Positions 32,250-42,789 are shown, numbered from the stretch's first letter. The stretch is 64,000 nt of DNA from an uncultured virus (IMG/VR IMGVR_UViG_2912869438_000005) (IMGVR_UViG_2912869438_000005:1-64000), one strand, 5' to 3'. Program-made: numbers and translations. Notes: generated by a model not told the origin, from the sequence alone.

Positions 32250-32720
32250 TTATTCAGTTTCAAATTTATATCCTGTGTACTCTTCAATAAATTTGATTTT
32301 CTCGTAGTCGTTAATCTTTTCTTTTTTAGCAACTTCAATTAACTGAGCTTTTTCAGATTCGAGCTTAATTTCATTTTCAATGTTTTCTTTGAACGCTTTG
32401 AGCGTCTTGTAGGATAAGATCTGCTTGATTCGTTCCGGAGTAATTACATTTTGCTCGCTGCCTTTTTCTTCTGCTTCAAACCCAAGATGAACCCTAGTCT
32501 CTTTGTCGTCAATATAGACTTTTGCATGAGAGCCTTTTCCATCTGTGCCCACAAACATTTTTACATTGTCATATACTTGAGATTGAACCTCACCAACTGT
32601 AATTTGTCGTATACCGTTAGCAGGTAAGCGGAAATCTCCATAGCTTTCGAGTTTTTTGAAATACAAATCCCAAGTGCATAAATTTTTAATTGTAATTTTC
32701 TTATCTAAATCAATTGACAT
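32250..32720 (-). CDS. yonA: head-associated protein
   Basis: Follows the capsid gene; synteny. Confidence 0.55.
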   Translation of the reverse strand: MSIDLDKKITIKNLCTWDLYFKKLESYGDFRLPANGIRQITVGEVQSQVYDNVKMFVGTDGKGSHAKVYIDDKETRVHLGFEAEEKGSEQNVITPERIKQILSYKTLKAFKENIENEIKLESEKAQLIEVAKKEKINDYEKIKFIEEYTGYKFETE

Positions 32721-32773
32721 AATACCCCTCCAAAAAATAGTGTAGGAGGGACAATGCCCTCCGTTAAGATTTA

Positions 32774-33877
32774 TTATTCAGGTACAATTTCGAAATTTTC
32801 ATCACGAATCAAACCGATTTGATATTCTTGGCCTTTAGCAACACCAGCACCAATTTCCATATCAAAGCGAGTCATTTCAGTTCCAGTAACAATATCATTC
32901 CCAGTCATCGAAGTAAGTCCGCCGCGTTGGAATACTTGAAGTGGGGATTTACCACCTTGAGGAATGAAGAAGAGGAGCCCTTCTGGGAGATAAGTTTTGA
33001 AGTTGTCGCCAGCCTTATTCAACTCAGTTAGGTTGTAAGCATTAGGGAGCTCTACAACAGATGAACCTTTGTATGCATTCAGTAAACCTGTTTTGCGAAT
33101 TTCCTCCATCACTGCTTCGGAAAGCTTGGTCGTTGCTGGGTCTTTAGGTACTGCTTCAAATCCAGCAAAGTCATTCAGTTGAGAAACCACAGAGTAATCA
33201 CCAACAATAGCAGGTTGTCCAAATCTACGCACTTTTTTGATAAGGTCATCAACAGAGGACTTTGCAATACCTGCAGTCTCAGCAAAGTATTTGACGCCAG
33301 TTGCGTTTTTAATGGAGTTGTACATTTCATTTACAACATAATACATAGCTTTGTTCATCATATCAACTTGAACTTGAGACATACCTTCTGCCACTCTATC
33401 AAGGTTTCCACTCTGAATTTCACGATAATTAACCGCATAACCGGAAGAAATGGTTTGAGTGCCAATTGGGTATTCATTCCAAGTTGTAGTTGCAAAAGGA
33501 ACATCACCACGAGAAGCTTGGAAATTGCTTCTGATAGACTCATGTGCGTATGTAGTCATCATTGGTTGCTCATCATAGCCAATCTGCCTAAAAGTTCCCA
33601 TGAAATCAAAAAGCTTTACTGCTGATAGAAGTTTTGGCTCAACAGCAAAACGAACAATAGTATTAATTTCAGCCTTTGCTACGGGGTTTCCAGTTACTGC
33701 TTGTGCAGCAAGGTCTTTAATATGTTTCATTACTGTATCAACTTTATTTCCGTGTTTGGATAAGTCATTCCCTAGAGCAACATCAGAGAAAATTTCAACC
33801 ATAGGTGATTTTGAACTTAGTTTTGGATTTGCAAACACATCTGTATCACGTCTTGCGTTATTTAACTCAATCTTCAT
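32774..33877 (-). CDS. yonB: major capsid protein
   Basis: 367 aa, downstream of the protease and decoration genes, followed by a hairpin. Confidence 0.75.
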   Translation of the reverse strand: MKIELNNARRDTDVFANPKLSSKSPMVEIFSDVALGNDLSKHGNKVDTVMKHIKDLAAQAVTGNPVAKAEINTIVRFAVEPKLLSAVKLFDFMGTFRQIGYDEQPMMTTYAHESIRSNFQASRGDVPFATTTWNEYPIGTQTISSGYAVNYREIQSGNLDRVAEGMSQVQVDMMNKAMYYVVNEMYNSIKNATGVKYFAETAGIAKSSVDDLIKKVRRFGQPAIVGDYSVVSQLNDFAGFEAVPKDPATTKLSEAVMEEIRKTGLLNAYKGSSVVELPNAYNLTELNKAGDNFKTYLPEGLLFFIPQGGKSPLQVFQRGGLTSMTGNDIVTGTEMTRFDMEIGAGVAKGQEYQIGLIRDENFEIVPE

Positions 33878-33902
33878 AGATTAATATCCTCCATAAAATT
33901 AA

Positions 33903-34367
33903 TTAGGCTTGAACTGTCAAGTACAAACCTTTTCCACCAAATGTAGTTTTTTCAAGAATCTTAAGTGAGACTTTATATTCTGCAACGTCATCTCCGGCTT
34001 TAACCCATTTTCCGCTCTTATCTGAAGATGGAACTAAAACATCATTTACAACTAAGGCATCGTAATCCACTACAGTGTCAGCACTTAGTTCAATTGGAAG
34101 CCCTACAGCATCAGCAAGTCGAAATGCTCTTACCGGTTCTCCTTTTAAGATTTTAAAATCATCTTTGTTTCGAATTTCTGGTTGATCAATAATATTCCCA
34201 ACAACATATACATCGCCTTTCGCAGATGATGCTGTTCCTGGCGTAAATGCATTTCCTGTTGATTCATTAGGAACAACGACTAAACCAGGGACTAGATCAA
34301 CAAGAGCTTTACACCGCGGGTTGTTTCGTACTTGTTTAAAAGCACCGATAGTTACAAATTTGAACAT
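33903..34367 (-). CDS. yonC: putative capsid decoration protein
   Basis: Position between scaffold and capsid genes. Confidence 0.6.
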   Translation of the reverse strand: MFKFVTIGAFKQVRNNPRCKALVDLVPGLVVVPNESTGNAFTPGTASSAKGDVYVVGNIIDQPEIRNKDDFKILKGEPVRAFRLADAVGLPIELSADTVVDYDALVVNDVLVPSSDKSGKWVKAGDDVAEYKVSLKILEKTTFGGKGLYLTVQA

Positions 34368-34398
34368 AAATCTTCCTCCTAGTTTTCAATAAATATTA

Positions 34399-35550
34399 TT
34401 AATATAATTCGTCAATCGAAACTTCACCGTCAGATCCAGCTTCGTTGACCTCAGAATAAATATCAAGGCTGTCGACATTATTCTTACTATGTTTCTTTTT
34501 GCGTTTTGTAATAAGGGATTGAGCAATAGCAGAATTAATTTCAGAAATAATTTCTGTTTTGAGTTCGGCTGAAGGAGTTTTAGAGAAGGATTCAATTTTT
34601 TCTTTAGCCACTGATCTTTCTTCTTCGGTGTAAGAAGAGAGATCCTGATTCAGCTCTGTCTTTAGTCTTTCATTCTCTGCCTCTTTTTTAAATTTCCTCA
34701 ATTCATTAAGTTCAGATTCAGCTTTTTCCTTTTCATCTTTAGCTTTTTGGGATTCTTTTTCTTTGTTTTCTGCTTTAGTCTTTTGGTCTTTAGCTTCTTT
34801 AATTGCAGCATTTAATTCTTCAGTTTTCTTTTCTAGTTCTTTATTTAGCTCCTGAACTTTATTTTGCAATTCATTGATTTCCGTATTTTTTGAATCAATT
34901 TTATTATTTAGCTCAACCAAAACCTCTTCTTGCGTCTTTGCCAATGATTTTTCCTCCTTATATTTATTGTTCAATTCAAGTAACACAGCAGCATCGTCTG
35001 CGGGGTCAATTCCCAATATTGCATCTCCAGAGAAGTCAAACTTCATAGGAATACGCCCTTTTTCTTTCCATCCTCCATCATATTCGATAACGTTTCTACC
35101 CTCAGCTGCAGATATTTCAACTGACGTTTCTGGGAAATCTCCATCAAACATTTTGGATTTTAACCATTGAATGAATTTAGGATACCGTTGATTGTATATG
35201 TAGCCTTCACCAATTAAAACTCTCTTTTTATCTCCATTTACTTCTATTGTGTCAATGTATCCGTTGGTGGTAACACCAACTACAGTGCTTCTCTCGAAGA
35301 GGGGGGCTCCATCTTTAATTTCAGTCATACCGTGTCCAAATGGTTCACTATTCTCGTAGTCGATAAATTCAACACAAAGAGGCATTTCTTTAATTGATTC
35401 AAGATTAGTGTTTACATACTTTTCAATCCAGGTAATCCCATTCTTGTTATACTGTGTGCTATTTTCGTGTATTTCGAGAACAACCCACTTAACATAGGTT
35501 CTTCCACTAAATTTTTTTTGATTGTTAATCTCTAAAATTGCGCTTTTCAA
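34399..35550 (-). CDS. yonD: prohead protease/scaffold
   Basis: PFGH, TSVEI, F.FSG.AILG motifs plus long coiled coil; TTG start after GGAGGTG. Confidence 0.75.
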   Translation of the reverse strand: MKSAILEINNQKKFSGRTYVKWVVLEIHENSTQYNKNGITWIEKYVNTNLESIKEMPLCVEFIDYENSEPFGHGMTEIKDGAPLFERSTVVGVTTNGYIDTIEVNGDKKRVLIGEGYIYNQRYPKFIQWLKSKMFDGDFPETSVEISAAEGRNVIEYDGGWKEKGRIPMKFDFSGDAILGIDPADDAAVLLELNNKYKEEKSLAKTQEEVLVELNNKIDSKNTEINELQNKVQELNKELEKKTEELNAAIKEAKDQKTKAENKEKESQKAKDEKEKAESELNELRKFKKEAENERLKTELNQDLSSYTEEERSVAKEKIESFSKTPSAELKTEIISEINSAIAQSLITKRKKKHSKNNVDSLDIYSEVNEAGSDGEVSIDELY

Positions 35551-35567
35551 ATAATAATCACCTCCCT

Positions 35568-37106
35568 TCAAGAACCAGAAGGGGTTCCATTGCTGTTGTT
35601 GGTTTTGGATTTGATTGTATTTTCATTCTGTACATCATCTAGTTCTGGCCGACCAGCTTTATTATCTGTTTTGCTCATGGTAAAGGATGTTGCATGAACA
35701 GGGAATTTCTCATCAAACCCTTCTTCTTTTTCATATGCCATCAACGACAAATAAGCATCTGGATTCCATCCAGTTGCCGCTATCCAAGCCGTTAAACTTC
35801 CACGTCCGCTTGTGTAAAGGTCTTTCATATTCTGAACTTTTTCTTTGCGATTAACATGAGTAAGAGGAAGGTAATAAACTTCTACATATGATCTAGGATT
35901 TTTGATTATATTGGCATTGATGACTTTGTTGAATTCACTTTGGATTTGCTCTAGCCATGTGAATATTTCTGATGAAACCATTTCAATATTTGTAGATTGA
36001 GACGAATAATTACCATCTTGTCCATTTAAAGCTGAACCAGCAAAACCCAAATTCGTTGAGATACGCTTAATTAATTCATCTTCACCTTTGACTTTTAAAA
36101 AATCAACATTGGTTTCAATCTTATTCAATTTTGTTCCTGCAGCTAAAGAAAAAAATTTCATCCCTTTAACAGCACCTTTTGACATTAAAGCTTTTTTTAT
36201 ATTGTCATGTTGTTGTTGCTGTTGACCTTGTGTGAGAGCAGATTTTCCTTTTGTCTCACCTTCAGGCAATGTTTGATAAATCAAGGTACTATTCAAATCA
36301 TCTAAAATATTTCTTTTGGTGTCGACAAAGTATTCGTCATAAACCATGTCAATAAAAGCTGCTAATCCAATAGGGCGTCCCCATTGATCTTCTAAATCTG
36401 CGCTACCTTTAACCACAATCGTTTTATTGTTATCAAGAACCTTCCATTTTCTGTTTAGGTCTTTTTTATATTCAAGATATCCTTTCCTAATTTCTTCAGG
36501 GAATCTTTTTAGTTTTAATGATCTGCCGTTGCCTGTGAATTTATCGAAATAAGAAACATCAAAAGCCATTTGATAAGATGAATTCTTTCTTCCAATGATT
36601 TTGCAGTAGTCAATCGGAAGGGGGAACGCAGAACAATTAAAATCATTAGAGAGGTTAATTTCTGAAATTGCTGAGATATCTTGATCGCTTAATGTTGAAG
36701 GATAATCATCATTTAAAACAGATTCAAAATAATAAAAACCAGTACCTTTTAAGCTTAGTTTCCGTATCATGTCGCGGACGATAATTCGATCATTTATTTT
36801 TCTTAAGGCCAAGGAGTATTTTTCTTTGTCTTTTTTTAGTTGTTCGTGATCACTATTCGTTCCGTAAACAACACGATCTAAAGTAGGGAGGGAGACCATA
36901 TAGTCAATGACATTACGATAAACTCCATTGGAGTTATATAAAAATTCAGAAGTGTCCCTGATTTTTTTATTATAGACATTATGGTCTTTTAACCACGATT
37001 TAACTCGATCATAGGTAACTCCACTCGGGAGTTCAGTGAAAAATAAAGATTCAAGAGAAGCCATATTTGTATTGAACTCATATACCGGTTCTTTTTCTGT
37101 ACCCAT
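35568..37106 (-). CDS. yonE: portal protein
   Basis: 512 aa after the terminase; WGRP and C-terminal AGRP motifs. Confidence 0.8.
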   Translation of the reverse strand: MGTEKEPVYEFNTNMASLESLFFTELPSGVTYDRVKSWLKDHNVYNKKIRDTSEFLYNSNGVYRNVIDYMVSLPTLDRVVYGTNSDHEQLKKDKEKYSLALRKINDRIIVRDMIRKLSLKGTGFYYFESVLNDDYPSTLSDQDISAISEINLSNDFNCSAFPLPIDYCKIIGRKNSSYQMAFDVSYFDKFTGNGRSLKLKRFPEEIRKGYLEYKKDLNRKWKVLDNNKTIVVKGSADLEDQWGRPIGLAAFIDMVYDEYFVDTKRNILDDLNSTLIYQTLPEGETKGKSALTQGQQQQQHDNIKKALMSKGAVKGMKFFSLAAGTKLNKIETNVDFLKVKGEDELIKRISTNLGFAGSALNGQDGNYSSQSTNIEMVSSEIFTWLEQIQSEFNKVINANIIKNPRSYVEVYYLPLTHVNRKEKVQNMKDLYTSGRGSLTAWIAATGWNPDAYLSLMAYEKEEGFDEKFPVHATSFTMSKTDNKAGRPELDDVQNENTIKSKTNNSNGTPSGS

Positions 37107-37120
37107 GTTTCACCTCCTAA

Positions 37121-38875
37121 TCAATTAAAAAAGAATCCAAATGAATATTCATCATCGGATTCTTCCTTTTCTAAGAATAGCGTTATGTAGTAAAGTGCAT
37201 ATGCTGTGGCACTGTATCTATCTTTGTCAATTCGTTTAACAACCTGCTCAACTGTAAATGAATTTTGTGTTTTTTTAATTCTAAGGTTTGCGACTTCATC
37301 AATAAACAATTGTGTTTGAATGCAAGCAGCTTCAACCATGACATCATCAGATATTGAAACATTTTTTTTGTTTTTTATATCATCATAGGATTTGAGTAGT
37401 TTGAGTTTCCCCGATTCAACATAATCAAGGAATTGAGTAATGATATCCTGGTTAATCCCTTGAGCCTTAAGATTATAAACAATCTCCGGGGAATTAGGGA
37501 CATCTGGCTTCTGATCTGTATTAATTGTAGCCCAACAACCTAATTCTTCATTTGTTTCAGGATCGGTAACATCTTCAAGCAATCGATCAATGAGACCTTG
37601 ACCTACGCCATTCCCGTCTACAATGACAGCTTTCACTCTTGAGAGAGACAGATCATGATTCCCGCCGTAATTTTTAAAAACTCTTTTAACCATTATCGAT
37701 TGTTCCTTGAAATTCAGGCCATTTGGTGGCTCGATAATATTCACTACATGAACTTGTCTAATTGAATTATTTGAATTACGAATAATTTTAAGAACAACAA
37801 TAGCAGTTTTGTTATTTGATTCCGTTTCGGAACGAGAAACGTCAACTCCAATCACGTACTCATTCAATAAGAAATTTTTGTTTTTGTCTCTAGGACAAGA
37901 TAATTCAGGCTGAGAAATTGTTCTAGCTTTGATTAATTTACTGATATTAATTAAAGCACCGTCACTTGCTCCAATCCAGTCACAAAGATAGTTCTGGCGA
38001 AAACGAGTAACGTTGCCCTGTCTAGCTTTATTAATAACAGACATCTTTTGACGACCAAAATGAATAGGGATGCGCCAATCTGAACCAAAAACAAAAGACC
38101 CTTTTAGATCACCAGTTTCTTTAACCATTGTAAGAATCTTTTCATACTCATCCGAGTTTTTGTACCCAGAGGTAGAGAATCGATTGATTTGGCCATTTAA
38201 TTCAGCAGGATCTATTTCGCCAGTCATCGTGGTACGAGGAATGTTGAAGATTGGTTCAATTGCATCATCATATAAGTCTTTATCAATTAGAGCAGATTCC
38301 TCTAAAGAACCACGTCTTCTTCGCAATCCCTTTGACGATTGAGCATTTGCGAGGTTATCTATAATTGCTCCATTTTGAAATTCAACTCTACCACTATCCT
38401 TAGAAAAGTTTTCACTCTTAATTTCATCTTTAATAGAAGGGTAGAATCTTAGTATTTCATCATGCTTTTCCTTCCAAATTTTAACCGCAGATTCTTTAGT
38501 GGAAGCTGTAATTGCCAAGGTCACATTAGGGAAGCAGATTGCAGTATGATAAGCTACCATGATTTGCGTAAGAGTTTTTGATCCACCACGAGGAATGCAG
38601 AAGTAGTTCTGAGGAAAACGACTGAGGGTTCTCATCATGACTCTTTGATATAAATCTAACTCAATTCCACCAACTTCTGGCTTCAACATGTCATAGAAAA
38701 TATCTGGGTAGAAACGAATAAATGAAGTAAACTCTGCCCATTTGGAGATATGTTTAGCAATGAGGTTGGAGCTGTCATCAGGATTCACTGGAGTTTCGAA
38801 AGCTGCTTCATAAATATCTGATCTGTTTTTAAAATGCTTATTATTTTTTGAGGTGAAATTTTTGTAACTAGCCAT
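37121..38875 (-). CDS. yonF: terminase large subunit
   Basis: PRGGSKT Walker A, GLRR..LEES Walker B, IGVDVSR nuclease motif, DKDRYSA. Confidence 0.9.
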   Translation of the reverse strand: MASYKNFTSKNNKHFKNRSDIYEAAFETPVNPDDSSNLIAKHISKWAEFTSFIRFYPDIFYDMLKPEVGGIELDLYQRVMMRTLSRFPQNYFCIPRGGSKTLTQIMVAYHTAICFPNVTLAITASTKESAVKIWKEKHDEILRFYPSIKDEIKSENFSKDSGRVEFQNGAIIDNLANAQSSKGLRRRRGSLEESALIDKDLYDDAIEPIFNIPRTTMTGEIDPAELNGQINRFSTSGYKNSDEYEKILTMVKETGDLKGSFVFGSDWRIPIHFGRQKMSVINKARQGNVTRFRQNYLCDWIGASDGALINISKLIKARTISQPELSCPRDKNKNFLLNEYVIGVDVSRSETESNNKTAIVVLKIIRNSNNSIRQVHVVNIIEPPNGLNFKEQSIMVKRVFKNYGGNHDLSLSRVKAVIVDGNGVGQGLIDRLLEDVTDPETNEELGCWATINTDQKPDVPNSPEIVYNLKAQGINQDIITQFLDYVESGKLKLLKSYDDIKNKKNVSISDDVMVEAACIQTQLFIDEVANLRIKKTQNSFTVEQVVKRIDKDRYSATAYALYYITLFLEKEESDDEYSFGFFFN

Positions 38876-39876
38876 TAATTTTCATCACCTGTGTCGTAAA
38901 GAGGCTCTTTGTAAACATCTTCTAAGTCTCTGAAAACATTATTTCGAGCTTTCTTCAATTTATCAATTTCTTCAGACGACAATCCTTTTGATTTAAAATC
39001 CTCCTCAAGCATTTCATCATAGAATTTATAAATATCTTTGTAAGAAACTTTTTCTTTGTCCTCAAGCCTTCGGTAATAATTGATAATTGCCCAAATGATT
39101 AAATCTGCATCATCATAAGGCTGTGCTGTTAAACGGGGGAGAAGGGGAATAATACCTAATTCTGTCTCCACAGCTTCACAAAGTTGAGAAAGTACATCGA
39201 CACCACCACTAATATCACTTTTACTCAGCTGAGAAACATTAATTTTAGCATCAGTAGCTGCTTTGGATGCCATTGACCCCCATTCTTTAGCTTCTTTAAC
39301 TTGACCTTTTGCCGTAGCTAACTCTTCTTTAACTCGAAAACGAATATAAGAAAGTAGCCCTTCTGTGTGAAGTGCTGTTTTTTCTCCATAGTTCCGTATG
39401 AGTTTGTTGTACTTTCGCTCGAATTGTCGATACTCATCAGTGGTATATCCAATTCCCCATTTATCAATAAGTTCATCGCTGATTTCACTTTTATCTAAAG
39501 CATTATTTTTTTCTTCAATCTTGTCATCTGTATTGGATGCTGTATCACTTTCGAAAATGCTGTCTTTCCATCCAGTTCCGTTGAATTGCCTCAAAGAGTT
39601 AGCCATAGTCATATATGCACTAAATGTATCAGTATCTCTTTGAACAGCCTGTTCCCAATAGAGAGGATCGAATTTAACATCCATTTGTTGCAATACAGTG
39701 TACACTGATTCCATGTCATCATAATTGATGCTTTTCTTAAGACAAGTTTTACAAATAGGCACTTTTCCAATCTTCTCATACAGCTTGCTTCGAGAATTAT
39801 AAAAACCTGAGTTCTTGTCTTTTTCTTTTTGACAAGCAGCGCAGATAAGCTTTTCTTTAACTGTTTTTTTCGCCAT
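38875..39876 (-). CDS. yonG: zinc-finger protein, putative terminase small subunit
   Basis: CxxC..PICKTC; directly upstream of the large subunit. Confidence 0.7.
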   Translation of the reverse strand: MAKKTVKEKLICAACQKEKDKNSGFYNSRSKLYEKIGKVPICKTCLKKSINYDDMESVYTVLQQMDVKFDPLYWEQAVQRDTDTFSAYMTMANSLRQFNGTGWKDSIFESDTASNTDDKIEEKNNALDKSEISDELIDKWGIGYTTDEYRQFERKYNKLIRNYGEKTALHTEGLLSYIRFRVKEELATAKGQVKEAKEWGSMASKAATDAKINVSQLSKSDISGGVDVLSQLCEAVETELGIIPLLPRLTAQPYDDADLIIWAIINYYRRLEDKEKVSYKDIYKFYDEMLEEDFKSKGLSSEEIDKLKKARNNVFRDLEDVYKEPLYDTGDEN

Positions 39877-39894
39877 TGATACACCTCAACCTCC

Positions 39895-39998
39895 AATAAA
39901 AAACAAATTTTATAAAACGCCCAGCAATAAGAGGTAGAAGAGAAGAGAAGAGAAGAGACCTCAATCATCACTGGGCGTTCTAAAAAGGTGTTTTTATT
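39895..39998 (-). ncRNA. long hairpin with a (CUCUU)4 loop upstream of yonG
   Basis: AACGCCCAG/CTGGGCGTT and GAGGT/ACCTC stems flank a pentamer repeat. Confidence 0.5.
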
Positions 39999-40163
39999 TT
40001 ATCCTCTGTATTTAAATATTTATATTTAATAAAGATTAGTTAAATACAGAGAGAGTGGTAATTAAGTACTAATTATGGTATAAATTGTTTATTTGTATTT
40101 GGTAATATGATATAGTTGCGGTGAAAGGGCTTAAAAAATATTTAAAACAAAGGGGGGAACGAT

Positions 40164-40793
40164 ATGAAAAAATATTTTCCATTCTTTTTAGCCTTTCTAC
40201 TAGCTTTTGCGACCATCACACCGTCCTTCGCATCAGCAAAGGAAGAGGGGGGAATTGATGCACCAGCAGGAAGTTTAGAGAGTGAACTTCTTTCACCAGA
40301 CAGTGATTTTGTTAAATTCTTAGAAGGCATTGAGCAGTTGCCAGCTAGTGTTGAAAAACAAGGTCCCGAAAAAGTGGCTAGTTGGTTAACAGAAAAAACA
40401 GGGGTTGAAGTCACTACAAACGGTGATAATTTAGTTGTTCCGTCTTTATCTGATGTAGATGTAAAAGAATCTAAAACATCTGCTGACAGTTCTGCAATTC
40501 AACCCGCTGGAGCGTGGGACTGCGTAATCGCTGTTGGTCTTATGATTGGGACTGTCGGCTTCCCACTCTCTAAGATTGTCAAATTGAAAAAAGCCATCAA
40601 CTTACTCGGCGGCGTAAAGAAAACCGTTGACAGAATTTACTCTAAGTACAAAAGCTTGAAAAAGCAAAGATGGAGAACAGTAGACGCTTGGAAAGAAGCT
40701 GTAAAAAGAACAACCAATAACCTGCCAAAGGATGTAGGAGAGGCTTTTCTTGATTTCTTCAACATATCAAACGTAATACGACAATGCGTATAG
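40164..40793 (+). CDS. secreted pre-pro-bacteriocin-like protein
   Basis: Sec signal (ASA), acidic pro-region, cationic amphipathic C-terminal domain bracketed by two Cys. Confidence 0.65.
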   Translation: MKKYFPFFLAFLLAFATITPSFASAKEEGGIDAPAGSLESELLSPDSDFVKFLEGIEQLPASVEKQGPEKVASWLTEKTGVEVTTNGDNLVVPSLSDVDVKESKTSADSSAIQPAGAWDCVIAVGLMIGTVGFPLSKIVKLKKAINLLGGVKKTVDRIYSKYKSLKKQRWRTVDAWKEAVKRTTNNLPKDVGEAFLDFFNISNVIRQCV

Positions 40794-40800
40794 AGAATAG

Positions 40801-40983
40801 GTGATAACCATTAAATCATTTACATTGCCATTTAGGTTAGCAGTTATCCTTTTGCTCCTTTTCCAAGTCTACTCAATTTGGAAAAACTGGAACACTGGCT
40901 TCGGGTCAAATATTATCTCAATCATCATTCTTGTAGGTTGTATTATCCTGCTAGCTCTGGACATCATCTTTAAAAAGAAATAG
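40801..40983 (+). CDS. small two-TM protein, candidate immunity factor
   Basis: 60 aa, two TMs, directly downstream of the secreted protein. Confidence 0.55.
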   Translation: MITIKSFTLPFRLAVILLLLFQVYSIWKNWNTGFGSNIISIIILVGCIILLALDIIFKKK

Positions 40984-41150
40984 CCCTAATTGGAATCCAC
41001 TTAACGGTGGGTTCCTTTTTTTCAAATGCTGCTGGACTGTTTCAATTTAATAAGTTGTTCCAAACGTCTGTTCATCAATTCAAATTCTTCTGTTTTATCC
41101 ATCTTCATCATCCTCATCGATTTTTGATAAAATTAAAGATTTATTTAGAT

Positions 41151-42344
41151 CTAGGATTTAAAACGAATTATGTATGTAGCCTCAATACCCTCATCATCAA
41201 AAACCAAAAATTTCTGTGATGGTCTTGTGCCAAAACGTCCTTGCAATGCATAATCGTCAGCGCCAACTAAAGCGCCGTTCACTACAACGGTCGTGCTGCC
41301 GTATTCTTTTTCATAATTGTGATGAATGTGGCCACCGAATATGTATGAAGGGATATAGCCTAATAATTGAGGCAAGCGTGTTACACACTGATCAACTCGA
41401 TCATAGTGTCCGTGAACAAAAACGACTTCACTATTATTGATTTTTGCTGGAATAAAACCATCTTGCTCAGGTTCAATAGAGATGTTTTCAATGTCTCTTA
41501 ACCTAGCTTCTAAATACCAATTGATAAGGTATTCAAAATTTTCCTTGATTCCAACATCGTTTTTAGAAGGGGAGAGGCGACCATGATTTCCTGCAACATT
41601 ATAGAATCTAATCTCTTGGAACTCGGAAGCAAACTTAGCCAACACTTCAGCAAGAGTTTCTGATACGTATTTTATTTGTTCAACAGCATCTTCGTTTGCT
41701 TGCACTCTCGTTGAAACATGAATGAGCCCGCCGATTAAATCGCCGAGGTTTGCAATATGCAGCGTAGAAATGTGATTCAACTTTCCATATTCAATGACTT
41801 TACTTGTTAAATGTTCCACTCGTTCATTGAAAATTTCTTTGTTAAATTTGTTAATTCGGTTATCAATCTCCATTCCAAAATGCCAGTCACTAAAAAGAGC
41901 AAGCCCATGCTTTTCAGTTGCGACAGAGGATGGGGAAGTGAAATTGAGCGGCCGCTTTGATTCTAAGTTTAAAATAGCTTCAACTACATCATCTTTAATC
42001 TTTTCAAAACGAGCCTGATTACGGATCTTTTTAGCAAATTCTCTATTTTGATCCCGTTTTCTAACTTTAGCTTTTTCAGATTCAATAAAAAGTTCTTGGT
42101 ATTTATCTTGAATATCTTTGTCAATGTTTTTAGACATTATGTAAGCATACCAGCGCTCGTATTGCTTATAATCTTTACGCCACTTACTCTCATCATAATG
42201 AGAGCCATGTTCCTTGTTCAGCAGCTCTGCAATAGTTTTTGTATCAATATTGTATGTATCTTTATTTTTAAATAATCTAATGTGGTAATCAGTAAATGAT
42301 TCATCTTTATCACGTTGAAGAGCGGGGTTCAAAACTGCTGTCAT
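41151..42344 (-). CDS. yonJ: calcineurin-like metallophosphoesterase
   Basis: SDWH, GD, GNHGR, HGH, GHIH motifs. Confidence 0.85.
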   Translation of the reverse strand: MTAVLNPALQRDKDESFTDYHIRLFKNKDTYNIDTKTIAELLNKEHGSHYDESKWRKDYKQYERWYAYIMSKNIDKDIQDKYQELFIESEKAKVRKRDQNREFAKKIRNQARFEKIKDDVVEAILNLESKRPLNFTSPSSVATEKHGLALFSDWHFGMEIDNRINKFNKEIFNERVEHLTSKVIEYGKLNHISTLHIANLGDLIGGLIHVSTRVQANEDAVEQIKYVSETLAEVLAKFASEFQEIRFYNVAGNHGRLSPSKNDVGIKENFEYLINWYLEARLRDIENISIEPEQDGFIPAKINNSEVVFVHGHYDRVDQCVTRLPQLLGYIPSYIFGGHIHHNYEKEYGSTTVVVNGALVGADDYALQGRFGTRPSQKFLVFDDEGIEATYIIRFKS

Positions 42345-42356
42345 TCAATCACCATC

Positions 42357-42548
42357 CTACTCATCTTCTTTAACAGGAAGTTCATTTTCTTCTTTGATTG
42401 TGATTGACACGTTTTTTCCACTAAACTCAGAAAGAATTTCTTTAAAATCATAAGTATACTCAGTTTCTTTGGTTTGTTCGGTAATTTCCATTACATCCAT
42501 ATCAAAAAAACCTTTCAAATTAACTTGATGAACTTTTTTGCTTGCCAT
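42357..42548 (-). CDS. yonK: YonK-family protein
   Basis: MASKKVHQVNLKG.., 63 aa. Confidence 0.85.
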   Translation of the reverse strand: MASKKVHQVNLKGFFDMDVMEITEQTKETEYTYDFKEILSEFSGKNVSITIKEENELPVKEDE

Positions 42549-42596
42549 ACAAGTATTCCTCCTTATAATCCTTTTAATTAATATATAAAACTAAAA

Positions 42597-42719
42597 TAAA
42601 TTCCTTCGGAAGTCCGATGATCCGATAGCATCGGCCAATCCGAAAAGAGGAGATAGAGGGGAAAAATAAGAAATGAATAAATCGGATAGGTGTTGAGGGA
42701 AAACACCCGAAGGAATTTA
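42597..42719 (-). ncRNA. four-way-junction RNA with C/U-rich loops
   Basis: 13-bp closing stem TAAATTCCTTCGG/CCGAAGGAATTTA enclosing three 6-bp hairpins. Confidence 0.6.
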
Positions 42720-42725
42720 CAAATA

Positions 42726-42752
42726 ACAAAAGACGTCTTTTTAGACGTCTTC
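42726..42752 (-). terminator. intrinsic terminator after the DIP1984-like gene and its 3' RNA
   Basis: AGACGTCT-AAAA-AGACGTCT followed by TTTGTT. Confidence 0.7.
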
Positions 42753-42789
42753 AGAAACTCTTTCTACACATGGTAGATGAGCTAAAAAT

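Noticed and set aside
39931..39957. TRAP-binding site (UAG/GAG triplets spaced by 2 nt)
   Set aside because: Only about five triplets, on the strand opposite the operon, with no evident promoter
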